Program-made: the position numbers and the translations under genes | Notes under the pieces: generated by a model | Seen by the model: only the letters and a program-made list of their open reading frames with translations | What the model was told of the DNA's origin: nothing | The model's database searches: none | Shown here: in pieces, positions 58,113 to 64,000 of the stretch | How the letters are laid out: each line of letters begins with the position of its first letter | Numbering within the stretch: the stretch's first letter is position 1 | Assembly (NCBI RefSeq): GCF_043426755.1 | Contig: NZ_JBHWRP010000040.1 | Location: forward strand, 36,916-100,915 | Direction: 5' to 3' | DNA from: Corynebacterium sp. | Lineage (GTDB): Bacteria; Actinomycetota; Actinomycetes; Mycobacteriales; Mycobacteriaceae | Length of the DNA stretch: 64,000 nucleotides

Positions 58113-59573
58113 ATGTCTTCGTCGGCAAGCAAGAAACCAGCACAACGAATGACCACGGACACCATCATGATCATCGCGGTGCTGGTGGGCACCACGTTCG
58201 TGATGATGCTCAACGAGACCGCCCTAGCCGTCGCCCTGCCAAATATCATGGCGGAGTTCGCCATTTCCGCGGGCACGGCACAGTGGTTGCTGACCGGCGT
58301 GATGCTGACCATGGCGATCATGATGCCCATGACCGGCTGGATCTTGGACCGCTTTTCGACGAGGAAAGTGTACTTCTTCGCCGTCGCGTTCTTCCTTGCG
58401 GGCTCTGTGGTTGCGGCAATCTCACCCAGTTTTGAGGTGATGCTGCTTGGCCGTGTGCTGCAAGCTGTGGGCACGGCGATCGTGATGCCGCTGCAGATGA
58501 CCGTGGTGATGACCATCGTTCCACCTGCACGCCGCGGCACCGTCATGGGCGTGATCTCCATTGTGATGGCCGTGGGACCGGCACTCGGCCCCACCTTCGC
58601 CGGCACTATTATGAGTGTCTCCACTTGGCACATGATCTTCTGGATCATGGTGGTCCTCGTGGCTATCGCCGGCCTCTTCGGTGCGTGGAAACTACGCGAC
58701 ATCGGGGAGACGAAGAAGGCTCCGCTGGATGCGGTATCCGTGGTGCTCAGCGTGTTCGCTTTCGGTGGCCTCGTATACGGTCTGTCGTCGATCGGGGAGA
58801 TCGTGGAAGGCGGCGAGGGCGCGACAATCGCGCTGACCATGTCCGCCGTCGGCGTGATCGGGCTGGCGCTGTTCGTCTGGCGTCAGATTTCTAAGGGGAA
58901 GAAGGGCGAGGCACTGCTGAACCTCGCGCCGCTGAAGATCCGCAACTTCGTCATCGCGCTCATAGTGATCATGCTGTACCAAGGCGTGCTGCTGGGGGCA
59001 TCCAATATGCTGCCGCTGTACCTGCAGGGAGCACTGCTGACCACCGCCCTAGTGGCCGGCCTGGTGAACCTGCCTGGTGGCATCGTCGAAACGGTGTTGT
59101 CTCCGGTCGCCGGTGCGCTCTATGACCGCATTGGCCCGCGCCCCCTGGTCATCCCGGGCACAATTTTGGGGGCTGCGTCCCTGTTCTGGATGTCCACCGT
59201 GGACCACACCACCCCGGTGTGGCTGGTGGTGGTCATGTTCGCCGTCTTCTCCTTTGGCTTGGCGATGTCCTTGACCCCGCTGATGACCACCGCCATGAGC
59301 TCGCTTCCCGACGATATCTACTCCCACGGCTCCGCCATCTTGAACACGCTGATGCAACTGGCCGGCGCGGCCGGTACCGCGGTGATGATCACCACCTTTG
59401 ACCTGGTGAGCATCGCCGGCGGTGACACGGTGGAGTCCCGCGGCCAGGGTGGTGCCTCCGCTTTCTTAATCTGCGCGGTCCTGCTTACCGTTGCCGCGGT
59501 GGCCACGTTCTTCTTGCACCGCCCTGAACTATCAGGCCACACTAAGACCATCGCTGAGGACAGCCCGCGCTAG
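58113..59573 (+). CDS. DHA2 MFS efflux transporter (LmrB-like), copy 1
   Basis: LNETALAVALP, QWLLTG, GRVLQAVG, GPALGP. Confidence 0.9.
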   Translation: MSSSASKKPAQRMTTDTIMIIAVLVGTTFVMMLNETALAVALPNIMAEFAISAGTAQWLLTGVMLTMAIMMPMTGWILDRFSTRKVYFFAVAFFLAGSVVAAISPSFEVMLLGRVLQAVGTAIVMPLQMTVVMTIVPPARRGTVMGVISIVMAVGPALGPTFAGTIMSVSTWHMIFWIMVVLVAIAGLFGAWKLRDIGETKKAPLDAVSVVLSVFAFGGLVYGLSSIGEIVEGGEGATIALTMSAVGVIGLALFVWRQISKGKKGEALLNLAPLKIRNFVIALIVIMLYQGVLLGASNMLPLYLQGALLTTALVAGLVNLPGGIVETVLSPVAGALYDRIGPRPLVIPGTILGAASLFWMSTVDHTTPVWLVVVMFAVFSFGLAMSLTPLMTTAMSSLPDDIYSHGSAILNTLMQLAGAAGTAVMITTFDLVSIAGGDTVESRGQGGASAFLICAVLLTVAAVATFFLHRPELSGHTKTIAEDSPR

Positions 59574-59631
59574 GCGGCTGTTTTCATCTAGTCCTTATTA
59601 ATACTCAGCTAATTTCCCTGGAGGTTGCCGG

Positions 59632-61086
59632 ATGAGCACGCCTGATCCGCGTTCTCGATCCATGGCAGGGGAGACCATCCTCGTCATATCCGTTCTTGCT
59701 CTGACGACTTTCGTCATGATGCTCAATGAGACAGCGCTGTCGGTGGCGCTGCCGTCCATCATGGCGGAGTTTGATGTGACGGCCGCGGTGGCTCAGTGGT
59801 TGCTGACCGGCGTTCTGCTGACCATGGCCATCATGATGCCCATGACCGGCTGGATCCTGGACCGCTTCAGCACCCGCGCGGTCTACTTCTTCGCCGTAGT
59901 GGCCTTCCTGCTGGGCTCTGTTATCGCGGCGATCTCACCCACCTTCCCGATCCTGCTTGGCGGGCGTGTCCTCCAAGCCATCGGCACCGCGATCCTGCTT
60001 CCGCTGCAGATGACCGTGGTGATGACAGTTGTCCCACCGAAGCTCCGCGGCACCATCATGGGCGTGATTGCCATTGTCATGGCCGTCGGCCCCGCCCTGG
60101 GCCCCACCTTCGCTGGTGCGGTGATGGCGGTATCCACTTGGCACACAACCTTCTGGGTCATGGCCGTCCTCGTGGCCATCGCCGCGGCTTTTGCTGGTTG
60201 GAAGCTGCGCAACGTGGGCGAATTGAAGCGCGCCCCGCTGGATGTGCTTTCTGTTGTTCTTTCTGCCATCGCCTTCGGTGGGCTGGTCTATGGCCTGTCG
60301 TCGGTGGGGGTGCTTATCGACGGTGGCCCCGGCTCTGGTGCCGTGATCGCGATTACCGTGGCTGGTGCCGTGGGGCTGGCGTTGTTCGTGTGGCGCCAGA
60401 TCGCTCTTGCACCGCGGGGCCGTGCCTTGCTGGACCTCACCCCGCTGCGGGTGGGCAACTTCGTGGTGGCGATCGTCGTCATCGTCCTTTTCCAGGCCGC
60501 GATGCTGGGAATGGCCAACACCTTGCCGCTGTATCTGCAGGGTGCGCTGCTGACCACCGCGCTGGTGGCTGGCTTGGCCTCCCTGCCGGGTGGGCTGGTT
60601 GAGACTGTGATTTCTCCGATTGCCGGTGCGCTCTATGACCGGGTGGGCCCCAGGCCGCTTGTCATTCCAGGCACCATCATCGGCGCTGGGGCGTTGCTGT
60701 GGATGGGGACTGTCGACGAGCACTCCCCGGTGTGGCTGCTGGTCACCCAGTACACGATTTTCGGCGTGGCGATGGCGCTTTCCTTAACACCCTTGATGAC
60801 CACCGCTTTGTCGTCTCTTCCTGCATCGATCTATTCGCATGGATCCGCCATCTTGAATACTCTGCTTCAACTTGCTGGCGCGGCGGGGATTGCGGTGATG
60901 ATCGCTATCTTTGGGTATGTCTCCGACGCTGGCGGGGGTACCCGCGCGGCCCAAGGGGAGGGCGCAGCAACGGCGTTTCTGACCTGCGGTGGCATACTGG
61001 TCATTGCTGTTATCGTTGCACTATTTCTGCGTAAACCTGAAGATCATGGCGAAGTGAAAACAGTGGAGACCACAGACCCCGCTTAA
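59632..61086 (+). CDS. DHA2 MFS efflux transporter (LmrB-like), copy 2
   Basis: Same motifs; collinear paralogue of the upstream gene; GGAGG RBS. Confidence 0.9.
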   Translation: MSTPDPRSRSMAGETILVISVLALTTFVMMLNETALSVALPSIMAEFDVTAAVAQWLLTGVLLTMAIMMPMTGWILDRFSTRAVYFFAVVAFLLGSVIAAISPTFPILLGGRVLQAIGTAILLPLQMTVVMTVVPPKLRGTIMGVIAIVMAVGPALGPTFAGAVMAVSTWHTTFWVMAVLVAIAAAFAGWKLRNVGELKRAPLDVLSVVLSAIAFGGLVYGLSSVGVLIDGGPGSGAVIAITVAGAVGLALFVWRQIALAPRGRALLDLTPLRVGNFVVAIVVIVLFQAAMLGMANTLPLYLQGALLTTALVAGLASLPGGLVETVISPIAGALYDRVGPRPLVIPGTIIGAGALLWMGTVDEHSPVWLLVTQYTIFGVAMALSLTPLMTTALSSLPASIYSHGSAILNTLLQLAGAAGIAVMIAIFGYVSDAGGGTRAAQGEGAATAFLTCGGILVIAVIVALFLRKPEDHGEVKTVETTDPA

Positions 61087-61403
61087 ATACTCTCGTGATC
61101 AGGGGAGACTGAAGAACCTTGGAGTTGTCTTACTTTCCAGCTAAAGTATTGTGGTGTGCATGCGAAGGTGATGACTCGGCCACGAGCCTTTATGAGAGGT
61201 TTCTGCGATTTCTGTTAACAGCATCTCATAGAACCTAACGTGCGGGGGTGGCGTGCGTCCCCATTCTTATCTTCTTGCGAACGTGATTGGCTGCCCTTGA
61301 TAGGCGAAAGCCAAGGATGTGTAAGTCGAGAATTCGTGGCGTGCAGCATCTGGTTGCGCGAGTGAGCAACACACGTGAACTAAAAGAAAGTTGGTGGTCC
61401 AGG

Positions 61404-62336
61404 ATGACAAGTTCGTTGCAGTCTGCAGCTAAACAGCCCTCGCTATGACGGAGGGTAGGCCTGCCTGCATTGATTATCCTGGTCGGTCTGGCGGTGCTGC
61501 TGTACCCAGTGGTGGCTACGGTGGTAAATAACCAGGCCCAGCAACGGGTTGCGCAGTTCTATCAGTCGCAACTTGAGAACGTTCCCGAGCAAGAGCTTAA
61601 TGAAGCTGTTGAACGCGCCCGGGAATATAACCGGGAGAACCAGGATGGCCCCGTCCTCGACCCCTGGTTAGAGCAGATGAGCGAAGATAACCTAGAGTAT
61701 CAACGATATTTTGATCAGCTGGCGGGGATGCCCGCGATGTCGAATGTGTTCATTCCCGCCATTGACGTGCGCCTGCCTGTCTATCATGGTACGGATGAGA
61801 AAACCCTGCAGAACGGGCTAGGGCACCTGTTTGGCTCCTCTTTGCCGGTAGGCGGTGCCTCGACGCACACTGTTATTACTGGGCATACAGGATTGTCCAC
61901 TGCAACACTTTTCGACGATCTTAACAAGGTCGAAGTAGGCGATTTTGTCTATCTGTCCACGTTTGGTGAGCGGATGAAATACGAGGTTCGCGATATCGAA
62001 GTTGTGTTGCCAAATGAAACAGAGAGTCTACAGGTGCAGCCAGACCGTGACCTGCTGACTTTGATTACCTGTACTCCCTACGGCATTAACACCCACCGCC
62101 TATTGGTCCACGCGGAGCGTGTCCCGATGGATCCAGAGGATGCAGAGAACTTTGACCGCTCCGGTTCCACGATCCAATGGTGGATGTGGTTACTGGTTCT
62201 GCTAGCTGTGTTGGTTGTTGTTGGGCTTGCGTGGTGGTTGTACCGCGAATCACGTGCAGCACGGTCGATGTCCGGTCCTAGACCTGATGGTGCCGACAAC
62301 GATCAGCCGGATGATAGGGATGGCGGGGATGTCTAA
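61404..62336 (+). CDS. srtC: Class C (pilus) sortase; in-frame TGA at codon 15 unless TTG 61470 is the start
   Basis: DPW lid, ITGHTG, TLITCTPYGINTHRLLV, C-terminal TM helix. Confidence 0.88.
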
Positions 62337-62454
62337 GCGCATCTTGCTCAGTAGATCGAGACTTGTAGGTGTGGGGACTCGTTTAGTTTTATGGTTTTCA
62401 GCGCGTTGGCATCGTGGCGAGGGGAAGTGAACTGAGGACATGTTAGGAAATAGG

Positions 62455-64000
62455 ATGACAAAGAAACGTCATGGCTGGTGGCGCCGCCTAGGCGCGTCTA
62501 TTGCGGCGGTCGGTGTATTCGCTGCGTCGGGGGTTGTTGTTGCGCAGGCGCAGGATGATAGCGGGGTCGACGCGGGCACGGTTGGGTCTGAGACGGTCGA
62601 TACGCCACCGTCTTCTGAAGCCTCGACAGGCGGGCTAGATGTTCCTGGTGGTGTTGAGTCAGCTCCTGACGATGGTAACGCCGAGGCGGAAGAGGGAGAC
62701 ATCGATGCTGCCGATTTCGCCGGCATGAATGATGTGCCTGACGTGTCCAGGATGCGGTCTCTTCCAGATACGTTTGGTCGTGCTGCTCAACAAGCATATT
62801 CAACGAAGCAATTGACGTTAGTCCCCGAGGCAAACCCCCTAGCGTACGTCGATCAGCAGGGGGCTTCAGGCGGGATTGCTCCACGGTTGCGGGTGGGTAC
62901 CACAATAGGAGGCCAGCGGGATCAGACAACTATTCGTTTGACAGAGCTGGTGATTCGGTACTATCCGTCTAGTCCACAGTATGACCTCGGTGGCCCTGTC
63001 GAAGTGGTGAAAAACGGCAATGAGTTTTGCAGGGTTGGCACCGAGAACATTAAAGCAGTTGGGTATGCTCGTAATGGCAAGGTTAATCAAATCTCCGTGG
63101 ATTTGAGTTCCTGCAAGCCACAAATTGGTGTGTGGGAAGGTCATAATGACCGGGTCGAGGTCTACTTCCATGGCACAGGTACGAATCCCGCCCGAGTAAA
63201 CCAGAATTACACTTTTGAACTTTATGGGCAAGTACCACTCCCCCCTCCTGTGGAACCGGAAAAGGACCCAGTGGTGAAGACGTGGGTTAATGATAAACCC
63301 ACGTGGGGATCAGTCACGACCACGGTGACTTCCGGCGAGAAAGATAAATCTCATGGGAGGCCGGCTCGCGTGAAGATGGAAGCCACGGTGACAAAGCCGA
63401 TGGCGCTGCCTGCTGCTATCACTGCTCGCATTCAGGACCAGAATGGGTGGGATTTCGATGGTGATTCCACACCAACGATGACCATTTACAACCCTGATGG
63501 CTCAGTGCTACATAAAGCTGTACCCACGCCAGCAAAGAATTTCCCAGCCCTAGGGACGAACACAAATATGTGGGGTGGTTCTCGGTTTGCAATGCCGGCC
63601 GATTTCACGGTGCCGGAGGGGGCAAAAATCGTCGTCGAAATGGAGTTCCATTCAAGGAGTGATACCGAAGTTACGAATAGTAGTTTTGAAGGCCCCTTGG
63701 GACCGGGTGATTTGAGCATGTTCGACTATCCTGAAAAAACTGAATGGCTAACGGCACCTGTAGCTAATCCTGAATTGCCCAAGCGTTGTGGGCTTCGCAT
63801 CGCCATTGTCGGAGACCAATCAAGGTCGTTGGTATACGGCGATAAAGACGGTTGGGAAGCTAGTCGTGATGCTGCTAAGGCACTTGTTGCAGGGCTTTCT
63901 GGAACGCCCACGAAGGTAGGTATCTTTAGCTTCGCTAGCCAAGCGCCAGCATCCGGAAAGGAAGGGGTCGGCACTACTTGGACTAAGGCCCCCGGCGTCG
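62455..64000 (+). CDS. Pilus tip adhesin with vWA domain (SpaC-like), 3' end outside window
   Basis: Manually translated and open to the edge. Signal peptide MTKKRHGWWRR...AQA; NPELPKRCGLRIAIVGDQSRS (MIDAS DxSxS); follows the sortase. Confidence 0.85.
   Translation, partial: MTKKRHGWWRRLGASIAAVGVFAASGVVVAQAQDDSGVDAGTVGSETVDTPPSSEASTGGLDVPGGVESAPDDGNAEAEEGDIDAADFAGMNDVPDVSRMRSLPDTFGRAAQQAYSTKQLTLVPEANPLAYVDQQGASGGIAPRLRVGTTIGGQRDQTTIRLTELVIRYYPSSPQYDLGGPVEVVKNGNEFCRVGTENIKAVGYARNGKVNQISVDLSSCKPQIGVWEGHNDRVEVYFHGTGTNPARVNQNYTFELYGQVPLPPPVEPEKDPVVKTWVNDKPTWGSVTTTVTSGEKDKSHGRPARVKMEATVTKPMALPAAITARIQDQNGWDFDGDSTPTMTIYNPDGSVLHKAVPTPAKNFPALGTNTNMWGGSRFAMPADFTVPEGAKIVVEMEFHSRSDTEVTNSSFEGPLGPGDLSMFDYPEKTEWLTAPVANPELPKRCGLRIAIVGDQSRSLVYGDKDGWEASRDAAKALVAGLSGTPTKVGIFSFASQAPASGKEGVGTTWTKAPGV

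Overview
High-GC actinobacterial chromosome; gene content and order point to Corynebacterium (lmcA-tmaT-aftD cell-wall cluster, dcd-ugd, alaT, fpr2-cysIXHDNYZ, dnaK-grpE-dnaJ-hspR, pqo, class C sortase pilus locus running off the right end). Most of the window is core genome. Accessory DNA sits in a lower-GC island (~12.5-17.4 kb) at the 3' end of tRNA-Gly(CCC) and at the pilus locus. Main observations: (1) the island carries an ABC/AAA-ATPase + PD-(D/E)XK-like nuclease pair resembling an anti-phage system; the nuclease is frameshifted by an exact 8-bp tandem duplication. (2) An internally deleted IS481-family element sits at the tRNA-Gly 3' end with a 15-bp target duplication, next to a remnant of a second copy. 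(3) An 11-mer family (GCTTATCGACG, GCTTAACGACG, GCTTGTCGACG) occurs at least 31 times on both strands and in several reading frames, with no function I can assign. (4) Inverted DnaA-box pairs lie upstream of an HNH gene and of an ESX-like hydrolase pair. (5) cysX and cysH are fused. (6) Two in-frame stops and clustered odd substitutions in dnaK may be sequencing errors. All calls come from reading the sequence by eye; no database searches were run.
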